A DNA stretch of 64,000 bases from an uncultured bacterium (lineage in GTDB: Bacteria > Cyanobacteriota > Vampirovibrionia > Gastranaerophilales > Gastranaerophilaceae), in NCBI GenBank assembly GCA_902783125.1, contig CACZPS010000045.1:1242-65241 (forward strand). The letters run 5' to 3'. Shown here piece after piece: positions 9,586 to 18,388 of this stretch (positions are counted from its first letter, which is position 1; the number at the start of each line of letters is the position of its first letter). The notes below the pieces were generated by a model, which ran no database searches, had not been told where the DNA came from, and saw only the letters and a program-made list of their open reading frames with translations. A program made the position numbers and the translations under genes.

Positions 9586-10599
9586 ATGAGTATAACATCA
9601 TATTTAGGAATAGATGTGGGTTCTGTCACAACAAAATTAGCATTGGTAGATGAAAATGGTAAATATATAGATTCTTATATGCTCAAAACCGCAGGGAAAC
9701 CCGTATTGGCAGTACAAACCGGACTAAATAAAATATTAGAACAGGCAAACTCAGCTAATCGTGAATATGATATAAAAGGTGTAGGGACGACGGGTTCCGG
9801 TAGAAATCTTGCAGGAGCGTTGGTTGGGGCGGATATTGTTAAAAACGAAATTACGGCTCACGCAGTTGCAGCTGCAACTAATATCCCCGGAGTTCAAACT
9901 ATTCTTGAAATAGGCGGACAAGATAGTAAAATAATTATTTTAAGAGATGGGATTGTAACGGATTTTGCTATGAACACGGTATGCGCGGCAGGGACAGGCA
10001 GTTTCTTAGACCATCAAGCACAAAGATTAAATGTTCCTATTGAAATCTTTGGAGAAACGGCACTTAAATCAGAAAATCCTGCAAGGATTGCGGGGCGTTG
10101 CGGAGTTTTTGCGGAGTCTGATCTTATTCACAAACAACAATTAGGCTATCCTGTGGAAGATTTGTTATACGGGCTTTGTCAGGCATTAGTCAGAAATTAT
10201 TTAAGTAATTTAGCCTTGGGAAAAGAGCTTTTGCCTACTGTTTCATTCCAAGGCGGTGTTGCTACAAATTCCGGCATGGTTAAGGCATTTGAAGAAGCAC
10301 TTCAAACAGAAATCGTGGTTCCTGATCATCATCAGACTATGGGCGCAATCGGTGCTGCTTTATTAGCTATGGAAAACCATCAGTACACTGAAAAAGAAAC
10401 TACCTTTAAAGGTTGGAATGTTGGGAATATGAATTTCCAGTCTATAACATGCCAGTGCAGCGGTTGTTCTAATAACTGTGAAGTCATTACTATTGTTGAA
10501 GGTTACGAAGGACCTCAGCATGTTGAAAATATAAAAGACATTCAGGGTAATATTATTGCTCGTTGGGGCGGAACTTGCGGAAGATGGGATATTAACTAA
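9586..10599 (+). CDS. BadF/BadG/BcrA/BcrD-type ATPase (CoA-substrate-specific enzyme activase family)
   Basis: GIDVGSVTTK, GGQDSKII, NTVCAAGTGSFLD and FQGGVA motifs of acyl-CoA dehydratase activases. Cys-rich tail CQCSGCSNNCE. Confidence 0.75.
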   Translation: MSITSYLGIDVGSVTTKLALVDENGKYIDSYMLKTAGKPVLAVQTGLNKILEQANSANREYDIKGVGTTGSGRNLAGALVGADIVKNEITAHAVAAATNIPGVQTILEIGGQDSKIIILRDGIVTDFAMNTVCAAGTGSFLDHQAQRLNVPIEIFGETALKSENPARIAGRCGVFAESDLIHKQQLGYPVEDLLYGLCQALVRNYLSNLALGKELLPTVSFQGGVATNSGMVKAFEEALQTEIVVPDHHQTMGAIGAALLAMENHQYTEKETTFKGWNVGNMNFQSITCQCSGCSNNCEVITIVEGYEGPQHVENIKDIQGNIIARWGGTCGRWDIN

Positions 10600-10722
10600 A
10601 TTACAAATATTAACGGGAATGTTAAGTAAAAATATTCTTCTTGCAGTTTATCAAAGAAAATATAATATCATTTGAAATTTTTGATTACAAATTTAGACTA
10701 AATAAAAAATAAAGAGAGTTTT

Positions 10723-11343
10723 ATGAACAAGGGGTTATTTATTACATTTGAAGGAATAGACGGTTGCGGAAAAACAACTCAGATTAAGTTATTAAAAGAT
10801 TATTTTGAAAGTATCGGAAGAACAGTAATATTGACACGAGAACCCGGAGCGAAAGGACTTGGCGAAAAACTTAGAGAAATCTTATTAAACTATGATGGAG
10901 AGGTTTCCTCTAACTGCGAAAGTTTTTTATTTCTTGCAGACAGAGCTCAGCATATTGATACAATTATAAAGCCGGCAATTGAACGAGGCGAAATTGTACT
11001 TTGCGACAGACATACTGATTCTACAATTGCCTATCAAGGTTATGGCAGAGGTGTGAACATTGAACAGATAAAAATGCTTAATAATATTGCAACAAATGGG
11101 ATTAAGCCTGATTTAACTTTTGTTTTTGATATTGATATAACAACTTCTGTAAAAAGGGTCGGAAAAGAAAAAGACAGAATGGAATCTGCAGGATTAGAGT
11201 TTTTTGAAAAAGTAAGAAAAGGTTACATTGAAATCTCAAAACAAGAGCCAAACAGAATTAAACTAATAGACGGCTCGAAAACTATTGAAGAAATCAGTAA
11301 AGAAGTATTATCTATAATAAATAAAGTAAATAGTGAATCGTAA
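10723..11343 (+). CDS. tmk: thymidylate kinase
   Basis: P-loop ITFEGIDGCGKTTQ, LTREPG, DRHTDSTIAYQG. Confidence 0.95.
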   Translation: MNKGLFITFEGIDGCGKTTQIKLLKDYFESIGRTVILTREPGAKGLGEKLREILLNYDGEVSSNCESFLFLADRAQHIDTIIKPAIERGEIVLCDRHTDSTIAYQGYGRGVNIEQIKMLNNIATNGIKPDLTFVFDIDITTSVKRVGKEKDRMESAGLEFFEKVRKGYIEISKQEPNRIKLIDGSKTIEEISKEVLSIINKVNSES

Positions 11344-11394
11344 GTTTATTATAGATTAAGTGTGTCTGAAATAATATATCACAGAATTTGCACA

Positions 11395-12336
11395 TTACAA
11401 TGCCTTTAAAGAATAGCTGTCCAATAACGTACCTTGACGAGGTTTTGTTTTTTCTTCAAGAAGTCTTTTTTGAGAGATTTCAAAATATTCTTTGCTTTGT
11501 TCGAAACCTATAAAATGCCTATTTAATTGCATAGCAGCAATTAGAGTTGTAGAACTTCCTGCAAAGGGATCAAGTACAATTTGTTCTTCTTTTGTAGTAA
11601 GTTCAATCAATAATTTCATCAGTTCCACAGGTTTTTGCGTAGGATGTAAACCTCTATCTGTATTTTGTGCTTCTATGGATAATATATTATTTGGTTTTTG
11701 ATTATATTTCATCAATATATTTTCATTATAAGCTCCTAAGCTATATTCTAAAATATTGTCAGCTAACGTTCCTCCTATTTTGTATGGTTTCATAAACCAT
11801 AAAATCGGTTCAAAAACAGGTCTTAAATTCCCTACTTTCCATCCATCCCATTTATTTGCAGAATCGAAGTCTTTACGTCTATCAAATACACAACTTATAT
11901 GTTGTGCTCTATGGGCAGCTTTTTGTTTATCCCAACCAATCATATCTTTATATATAAATCCGGAATCTTCAAATGCACATATACACCTATGAGCAAGTCG
12001 TCTGCCTGCAAAAACGAATGCACTTCCGCCGGGTTTTAATACTCTTAGCCAATCTTCTACCCAAGTCATTACCCATTCATAATACTGCTTTGGGATTAAT
12101 CTATCAGCTTCAGACCAACCATTCAGCGGTTTTCCACGTTTTTTAAAAATATTTCCGGCTTGTACCTGCGCAGGACTTGCACCTAATAATGCAGAATTTG
12201 TATTATTATGAATTACATCCCAATTTTCAACAGAAATACCATATGGGATATCACTTAGTATTAAATCTGTCGAATTATCATCAATCTTTTTTATTAATTC
12301 TCTACAATCACCGTTTTTAATATCATCTAAAAACAT
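11395..12336 (-). CDS. type II DNA methyltransferase, beta-class (N6-adenine/N4-cytosine type)
   Basis: Motif IV-like SDIPYG near the N-terminus and motif I DPFAGSSTT near the C-terminus (beta permutation). A 3-nt gap separates it from the upstream endonuclease gene. Confidence 0.9.
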   Translation of the reverse strand: MFLDDIKNGDCRELIKKIDDNSTDLILSDIPYGISVENWDVIHNNTNSALLGASPAQVQAGNIFKKRGKPLNGWSEADRLIPKQYYEWVMTWVEDWLRVLKPGGSAFVFAGRRLAHRCICAFEDSGFIYKDMIGWDKQKAAHRAQHISCVFDRRKDFDSANKWDGWKVGNLRPVFEPILWFMKPYKIGGTLADNILEYSLGAYNENILMKYNQKPNNILSIEAQNTDRGLHPTQKPVELMKLLIELTTKEEQIVLDPFAGSSTTLIAAMQLNRHFIGFEQSKEYFEISQKRLLEEKTKPRQGTLLDSYSLKAL

Positions 12337-12339
12337 CGT

Positions 12340-13218
12340 TTATCCCCTTAATCGATTTATGTAATTATTTATTGAATTGATTTTTTCATTTAATTTTAAA
12401 GATTTAATCAACATATTTATAGCTTCTTCCTTGGAGTATTCTTTTATAAAATTAATCTTATTTTGCCAATATTCAACTTCTTTTTCCCCTCTTATTACTA
12501 TACTTTGTTTAAATACCTTAAGATTATTTTCAAAATCATTACAAGAAATATTAAGAATTTCACTTAAATATTTATTTTGCTGAGCTAAAAAACAAATATT
12601 TTTATTTTGTATTGTTGTTGTCTGAGAAATTTTATTACTCCAATTCCACAATATTGAAAGATTTATATTAGGTGTTTCATAAACTCCTTTATTTAACAAT
12701 AAATTAAAGTATTCCCAAGAAAATAACAATACATTTCCATTTAATGCCTGACCATAAATTTGGCTTCTATTTTTTGGATATTGAAAATATGGACAACACA
12801 AAACACTAAAATTATTATCACCTTTCCAATGTACCATAGATTCTACTTTAAAATCTTTTTGATTTTTTGCAGTTCTGCTTAATCTAAATGCTTTTGCATC
12901 GGCAACCAGAGAATAATTATGAAATTGACTCTTTGCAATAACATCTGCACAATTTGCACGTTCTTTTAAAACTTTTGCTTTTAAACCCAATTCTATAAAG
13001 CACTTAGCTAATATTATATCTGATACTTTTGTGTACAATTTTTCTTCACTTGAATCATGTTCTATGTCTTCAGGTATTGAACCTATTTCGTTAATTAGTG
13101 GAATAAAATTACTTTTATCTAAATTAAAAACTATGTTTTGGATTTTATCGCAAGAAGATTGGAAATCGCCATTTAACGCTTCTTGTTTAATTAACGCTCT
13201 TAATTGTGCAAAATTCAT
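12340..13218 (-). CDS. type II restriction endonuclease, HindIII family
   Basis: From memory of R.HindIII, the blocks LVADAKAFRLSRTAKNQKDFKV, YFQYP..SQIY and NVLLFSWE are nearly identical. D-x14-DAK catalytic arrangement (ADVIAKSQFHNYSLVADAK). Confidence 0.8.
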   Translation of the reverse strand: MNFAQLRALIKQEALNGDFQSSCDKIQNIVFNLDKSNFIPLINEIGSIPEDIEHDSSEEKLYTKVSDIILAKCFIELGLKAKVLKERANCADVIAKSQFHNYSLVADAKAFRLSRTAKNQKDFKVESMVHWKGDNNFSVLCCPYFQYPKNRSQIYGQALNGNVLLFSWEYFNLLLNKGVYETPNINLSILWNWSNKISQTTTIQNKNICFLAQQNKYLSEILNISCNDFENNLKVFKQSIVIRGEKEVEYWQNKINFIKEYSKEEAINMLIKSLKLNEKINSINNYINRLRG

Positions 13219-13429
13219 TTATACCCCCATTATAAGTTTTTAAATAAACTTTTTTTTGTAATTAAATTATAAACGAATATATTGTTGTCATTATAGCTAA
13301 AATTAAAAGTGATGTACATAATTATTGCAAATATTTAATAGAAATTTTATATACACGTACTATTTGAGATTTATATTACATTTCCTTTACGAATTTGTCA
13401 CAGTTCATGTGTTAGGCTAAAATTATAGT

Positions 13430-14983
13430 ATGAAGGATGGAAGAATTGTAGTTGTTGATGATGATGAAACTATCATCTCGGCAATAAAAACTTTGTTTTA
13501 TATAGAAGATTTTTCTAACGTTGAATTTTTTACCGAACCTAAATTGGCGTTGGAATATCTAAAAGATAATGTTCCGGATTTAGTAATTTCTGACTTTGTT
13601 ATGCCAAAAATGAACGGGTTAGAATTTTTATCAGGGGTAAATGAGCTATATCCCGAAGTAAGTAAAATTTTATTAACAGGTTATGCCGATAAAGAAAATG
13701 CAATAAAAGCCATAAATGAAGTCGGATTATACAAATATATAACAAAACCTTGGGATAACGATGATTTGATTCTGAATGTTAAAAACGGGATAGAAAGAAG
13801 TTATCTTTTAAGCCAATTAAGACAAAAAATAGTTGAACTGGAAGATGCAAAATCTAAGTTAGAGGATTATTCTCATAACCTTGAAAATATTGTTGCAGAA
13901 AGAACTGCCGATTTATTAGAGGCAAATTCAAAACTTCAAGGTATATTTTCTAACTGCGCAGACGGAATTATTTTAACAGATACAGACGGAAATATAGAGC
14001 AGGTAAATCAAGCATTTGAAAACCTTTTGGGGTTATCTGAATCACATATCCTAAAACAAAATTTAAACAAAATTATTCATTCTTCAAAAACTAATCTGAT
14101 AGATAATTTCAAATCGGAAGACGGGGATTTCTTTATGAGAGATTGTACGGTTTATAATACTTTGAGCGAAAAGGAAATACCTGTTGATATTAGTTTTGCT
14201 TGTATTTCAGAAGATTCCGTTATAAAAAAATTCGTCGGGGTTGTTCATAATATAACTGAACAAAAAGAAGCAGATAAATTAAGAGATGATTTTATTGCAA
14301 CACTTACTCACGACTTAAGAACTCCGCTTTTAGCTGCAATACAAACCCTCAAATTTTTCCTTGACGGTACTGTCGGAGAAATAACGGAAAAACAAACTCT
14401 GCTTTTATCCACAATGAAGAAAAGTAACGAAGATTTGTTAGGGTTAGTTAATGCGCTGCTGGAAGTGTATAAATATGATGCTTCTAAAATTAATTTATGC
14501 AAAACAGATTTTGATTTTAGAACATTGTTGGAACAAACTTATGCAGAACTAAAACCTTTAGCTGATACAAAGGGAATAGTTTTTAATATTAATTATGATA
14601 CAGATGACAAATTAAAAATCAGGGCTGACCGATCTGCAATACGACGTGTTATTTGTAATCTTTGCGGAAACGCAATAAATTATACAAATAATAAAGGTGA
14701 AATTAATGTATCAGTGAAAACGCAAGATAATGATTTGATTTTTACCGTTCAGGATAACGGAAACGGTATCCCGAAAGAGGATATTCCGCAAATGTTCAAC
14801 AGATTTTCACAAGGTACAAGCAAAAAACGTTCAACAGGAACAGGACTTGGATTATATCTGTCAAGACAAATTGTTGAAGCTCATAACGGCAAGATTTGGC
14901 TCGAGAGCAAAGTTAATAAGGGAAGTGAATTTTCGTTCCTTTTAACGGATGTTTTAGTAGATAGGTTGATGCTAAAGACTTAA
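13430..14983 (+). CDS. hybrid sensor: N-terminal receiver + PAS + HisKA/HATPase histidine kinase
   Basis: REC (VVDDDE, DLVISDFVMPKMNG), coiled coil and PAS. H-box THDLRTPL, N-box CGNAINYT, G-boxes DNGNGIP and GTGLGL. Confidence 0.9.
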   Translation: MKDGRIVVVDDDETIISAIKTLFYIEDFSNVEFFTEPKLALEYLKDNVPDLVISDFVMPKMNGLEFLSGVNELYPEVSKILLTGYADKENAIKAINEVGLYKYITKPWDNDDLILNVKNGIERSYLLSQLRQKIVELEDAKSKLEDYSHNLENIVAERTADLLEANSKLQGIFSNCADGIILTDTDGNIEQVNQAFENLLGLSESHILKQNLNKIIHSSKTNLIDNFKSEDGDFFMRDCTVYNTLSEKEIPVDISFACISEDSVIKKFVGVVHNITEQKEADKLRDDFIATLTHDLRTPLLAAIQTLKFFLDGTVGEITEKQTLLLSTMKKSNEDLLGLVNALLEVYKYDASKINLCKTDFDFRTLLEQTYAELKPLADTKGIVFNINYDTDDKLKIRADRSAIRRVICNLCGNAINYTNNKGEINVSVKTQDNDLIFTVQDNGNGIPKEDIPQMFNRFSQGTSKKRSTGTGLGLYLSRQIVEAHNGKIWLESKVNKGSEFSFLLTDVLVDRLMLKT

Positions 14984-15000
14984 TTTATATAAAAAAAGAT

Positions 15001-15032
15001 ACTAAGATACTAAGGCACTAAAGCACTAAGAA
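15001..15032 (+). repeat. ACTAAGNN octamer tandem repeat, four units
   Basis: ACTAAGAT ACTAAGGC ACTAAAGC ACTAAGAA, in the spacer between the kinase and regulator genes. Confidence 0.9.
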
Positions 15033-15086
15033 AACGATTAGAAAATAAAAATAACATTATAAAAGCAATAAAATAAGCAGGTAGAT

Positions 15087-15764
15087 ATGATAAAAACACT
15101 ATTAGTAGAAGATCACGAACTTGAAAGATTAGGATTATCAATTATGCTTGATCAGGCAGAGAATATAGAGCTTGTCGGTCAGGCAAAAGACGGAATGGAA
15201 GGGGTTGAACTGGCACAGGAACTTCTGCCCGATGTCGTTGTTATGGATATAGGGTTACCGATTATAGACGGAATAGAGGCAACTCGCAGAATAAAATCTT
15301 TTAACCCTAACTGTAAGGTTTTAATTTTTACATCAAGAGATAATGATGATGATGTATTTGCAGCTTTTCAGTCAGGTGCTGACGGGTATGTCATGAAAGA
15401 TGCATCAAAAGAACAAATTTGTACTGCTATTACATCGGTTAGTTATGGAGTGGCTTGGCTTGATCCTGCTATTGCCAGAGTTGTTTTATCAAGCATTAAT
15501 TCACGACCGATAATCAATCCTGAAATTCAACAAACAACAAATGGTATAAACTATGAGGCAGGAAGATTAAATTATGGACTTACGGAACGTGAAATGGAAG
15601 TTTTAGCGTTAATTGTAGAAGGTATGACTAATGTACAGATAGCGGAAGAACTTTGCATTTCTCCATACACCGCCAAAACTCACGTTCATAATGTATTACA
15701 AAAACTATCGGCAGAAACAAGAGCAAAAGCAACCAATACAGCATTAACAGAGGGCTTGGTATAG
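15087..15764 (+). CDS. NarL/FixJ-type response regulator (REC + LuxR HTH)
   Basis: REC with DVVVMDIGLP phospho-acceptor context. C-terminal LTEREMEVLALIVEGMTNVQIAEELCISPYTAKTHV. Confidence 0.9.
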   Translation: MIKTLLVEDHELERLGLSIMLDQAENIELVGQAKDGMEGVELAQELLPDVVVMDIGLPIIDGIEATRRIKSFNPNCKVLIFTSRDNDDDVFAAFQSGADGYVMKDASKEQICTAITSVSYGVAWLDPAIARVVLSSINSRPIINPEIQQTTNGINYEAGRLNYGLTEREMEVLALIVEGMTNVQIAEELCISPYTAKTHVHNVLQKLSAETRAKATNTALTEGLV

Positions 15765-15765
15765 A

Positions 15766-17160
15766 ATGTTCTGGGGTATTCTTGCGGCAGCTTTTTTAGT
15801 TTGTATCCGGCTTGTTCGTGATGAAGTAAAACCGATATTCTTCAAAGAACGTGACCCTGTTGTTGCTCAGTTTAAATACCAATATCAAGCTCAAAAGCAA
15901 GAACTGAAAGAAGAATACGAAAAATCTAACATGCCTAAATCGGGATATATGTTGACGGAAGATTACGAAAAACTTTCAAAAGGTGTGCCGAGAATGAATT
16001 TAACAATTCCTGATGCCCAACCTATCAGAGAAAGTAATATGAAATATGTCCCTCAGCCGACGTATAAACTTGTGCGTTATAACAATCCTCCGGGGACACC
16101 GGAACTTAATGTCCCGAGAAAATTGAATTTTGACAGGCAAATAAACACTCAAGGTGTTGTATCCGGTGACTTTACAATGCTGGTATATTCAACTGTTTAT
16201 TACTATGCTGATTCAAACTGCACATCTTGTTCAACCTTTGTAATTCCGCTTGATGATAAATTAACCAAAATTGACAGAGTAAAAAAAGCCAATGTTGCAA
16301 GAAAAATAGACAAGCCTATATTTGAAACAGATAAAGATATCTCAACCGAGGGTGCATACAGAACAATTACACCTGTTGATTTTTCGGAAGATAACAGATA
16401 TATAGTGGCAAAAGAAAAGTTAGGCTGGGCACATGAAGGTATTTGGAAAACAAATCTTTGGGTACACGATTTCAAATCCGACAGGAGCTGGGAACTTCCT
16501 GAGGTTAGAGCAGCAATTATTCAATATTGGCACAATGTCACAGGTGTTGATATGGCAGAACAAAGGTGGGATATTTACCCCCTTGGATTTGACAAAAATA
16601 ATCAAGAACGAATTTTAGTATGTGCGTATGCTTATACCGGAGATTTACCCGCGTTTTTAGGGACATGGGCGGTAGATATTACAGGTGAAAAATGTGAGCT
16701 TATTGATTTACAGGGCGCTAATCATCAAGTAAGTACAGTCGGATTTAAGCTCGCTTTTGCAGGTTATGAATCAAGAGATTATATAGAATTTGAATCAAAA
16801 CGTCAGGAAAAATTAGAGAAAAAACGGGTAAAATATGAGAAAAAACAATTTAAAGCAAAGAAAAAAGCCCATAAAAAAGTCTATAAACAAAAATTAAAAC
16901 AATTAAAAGCAGATTACCGATTAAAATTAAAAGAATACAAAAAAACTAAACACAAAGGAGTTACTTCTCAGGGCGGAGATAATCAAATGATAGTTGATCC
17001 TAATCTTACGGAAACACCGGATTTAGATTACGAAAAAGTGAACAAAGAAAGAATGGAACTCATCAAGAAACAACAAGAAGAACTTTTGCAAAAACAAAAT
17101 AAATCAAAAACTAAAAAAGATAAACAAAAAAATACAAAAAAGAACAAGACTAATCAATAA
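15766..17160 (+). CDS. membrane-anchored protein of unknown function with Lys-rich C-terminal tail
   Basis: The ATG is 1 nt after the regulator's stop codon. N-terminal hydrophobic anchor, ~330-aa globular region without known motif, C-terminal ~120 aa very K/E/Q-rich. Confidence 0.55.
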   Translation: MFWGILAAAFLVCIRLVRDEVKPIFFKERDPVVAQFKYQYQAQKQELKEEYEKSNMPKSGYMLTEDYEKLSKGVPRMNLTIPDAQPIRESNMKYVPQPTYKLVRYNNPPGTPELNVPRKLNFDRQINTQGVVSGDFTMLVYSTVYYYADSNCTSCSTFVIPLDDKLTKIDRVKKANVARKIDKPIFETDKDISTEGAYRTITPVDFSEDNRYIVAKEKLGWAHEGIWKTNLWVHDFKSDRSWELPEVRAAIIQYWHNVTGVDMAEQRWDIYPLGFDKNNQERILVCAYAYTGDLPAFLGTWAVDITGEKCELIDLQGANHQVSTVGFKLAFAGYESRDYIEFESKRQEKLEKKRVKYEKKQFKAKKKAHKKVYKQKLKQLKADYRLKLKEYKKTKHKGVTSQGGDNQMIVDPNLTETPDLDYEKVNKERMELIKKQQEELLQKQNKSKTKKDKQKNTKKNKTNQ

Positions 17161-17356
17161 GAGTAAATCTTAAAGTTCCTTTATCATCGACGACTTCATT
17201 CCACATAGAATAAGGTCTGACCCAATTGTGACCTGTTTTAAGCGGTTGATAAATAATCATATCTTCTTCCGTTTCCGAATGTTTTGCGAAACCTACTATT
17301 TTATATAAATTACCTTTAAAATGACGGTAAGTTTTTCCTATTTCAATTTTTTGCAT
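17150..17356 (-). CDS. DUF1653-family small protein
   Basis: YRHFKGNLYKIVGFAKHSETEE..IIYQPL..WVRPYSMW matches the DUF1653 signature as I recall it. GGAGGAG SD upstream. Confidence 0.65.
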   Translation of the reverse strand: MQKIEIGKTYRHFKGNLYKIVGFAKHSETEEDMIIYQPLKTGHNWVRPYSMWNEVVDDKGTLRFTLID

Positions 17357-17410
17357 AACTCCTCCGATTTTGTTATTTTAACATATTTTTTCAGGTTCTC
17401 AAAATAATAC

Positions 17411-17441
17411 TAAAAAAGGACTGCCAAATTGACAAGTCCTT
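17411..17441 (-). terminator. intrinsic terminator after the HEAT-like ORF
   Basis: On the minus strand, AAGGACT..AGTCCTT stem followed by TTTTTA. Confidence 0.55.
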
Positions 17442-17503
17442 CTGATGTTATTTTTAGTTGTTATTTTATATATTAAATAAATGGTACAAGTACGGGATTT
17501 TTT

Positions 17504-17544
17504 CCCAATTTACCCCTTACCCTTTACCCTTTTACCCCTTACCT
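17504..17544 (-). repeat. degenerate GGGGTAAA-type tandem array (G-rich on the minus strand)
   Basis: Plus strand reads CCCAATTTACCCCTTACCCTTTACCCTTTTACCCCTTACCTC. Abuts the stop codon of ORF 17545..17820. Confidence 0.9.
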
Positions 17545-17820
17545 CTAGGCAGCTTTAGAGCCTTGGATTTCAGAGATTAGGTATTCTGCAACCCATTCAA
17601 AATCTTTATTATTTGCAGCTGCTTTTTTGAGGCAATCAATAGAAGAATCGCCAATTCTGATTAAAGTCATTGCAACAACCCCTCTTGTTAAACCTCTTAC
17701 AACCTGCAATTGTTCAACTAATTCCGGTACAGCGGATGAACCGATATCTACTAACATATTTTCTATTTCATTCTTATCTGAATCATTTAACATTGATAAA
17801 ATTTCTTTAACTGATTGCAT
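17545..17820 (-). CDS. small HEAT-repeat-like protein (91 aa)
   Basis: AVPELVEQL..VRG..AMTLIRIGDSSIDCL resembles PBS-lyase/HEAT-like repeats. Weak assignment. Confidence 0.4.
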   Translation of the reverse strand: MQSVKEILSMLNDSDKNEIENMLVDIGSSAVPELVEQLQVVRGLTRGVVAMTLIRIGDSSIDCLKKAAANNKDFEWVAEYLISEIQGSKAA

Positions 17821-18062
17821 ATTTATAACTCCAAATAAAATTCTATTTCACATTATCATTATAATGCGAATTTTCAAAAATCCTGATTTCTTTATCTAAT
17901 CTTTATATCATTATTAATAAATTTTATTAGTTTAAGTTTACTGAAACTTTATTTGCTTGCAATATTTTTTTTATCAATTAGAATAATTATACTCACATCC
18001 TCGTATGGATATGCGAAGTCATTAATCGCAGACTCCAATACAAGTAGAAAGGATAAAATAAA

Positions 18063-18329
18063 ATGGCAAACATTAAATCAGCAAAGAAAAGAGTGTTAAT
18101 AGCAGAAGCTAACAGACAAAGAAATGTAGCTTGGAAATCTTCTATCAAGACTGCTGTTAAAAGAGCGCTTGAGCTTGCATCAGGTGACGACAAAGATGCT
18201 TTATCTACAGCTATGTCAAAAGTTTATCAACTTTGTGACAAAGCGGTATCAAAAGGAATCTTGCACAAAAATACTGCTTCAAGAAAAAAATCAAGACTTG
18301 CTCTTGCTGTTAAAAAGCTGGCAAAATAA
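18063..18329 (+). CDS. rpsT: 30S ribosomal protein S20
   Basis: MANIKSAKKRVLIAEANRQRN N-terminus; basic 88-aa protein followed by a strong terminator. Confidence 0.95.
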   Translation: MANIKSAKKRVLIAEANRQRNVAWKSSIKTAVKRALELASGDDKDALSTAMSKVYQLCDKAVSKGILHKNTASRKKSRLALAVKKLAK

Positions 18330-18343
18330 TTTTTGTTATTAAC

Positions 18344-18378
18344 AAAAAAGGAGCAACTGAGTCAGTTGCTCCTTTTTT
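18344..18378. terminator. bidirectional intrinsic terminator between convergent rpsT and cyclase genes
   Basis: AAAAAA-GGAGCAACTGA/TCAGTTGCTCC-TTTTTT: a perfect ~10-bp GC-containing stem flanked by an A-run and a T-run. Confidence 0.85.
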
Positions 18379-18388
18379 ATGCAAAAAT

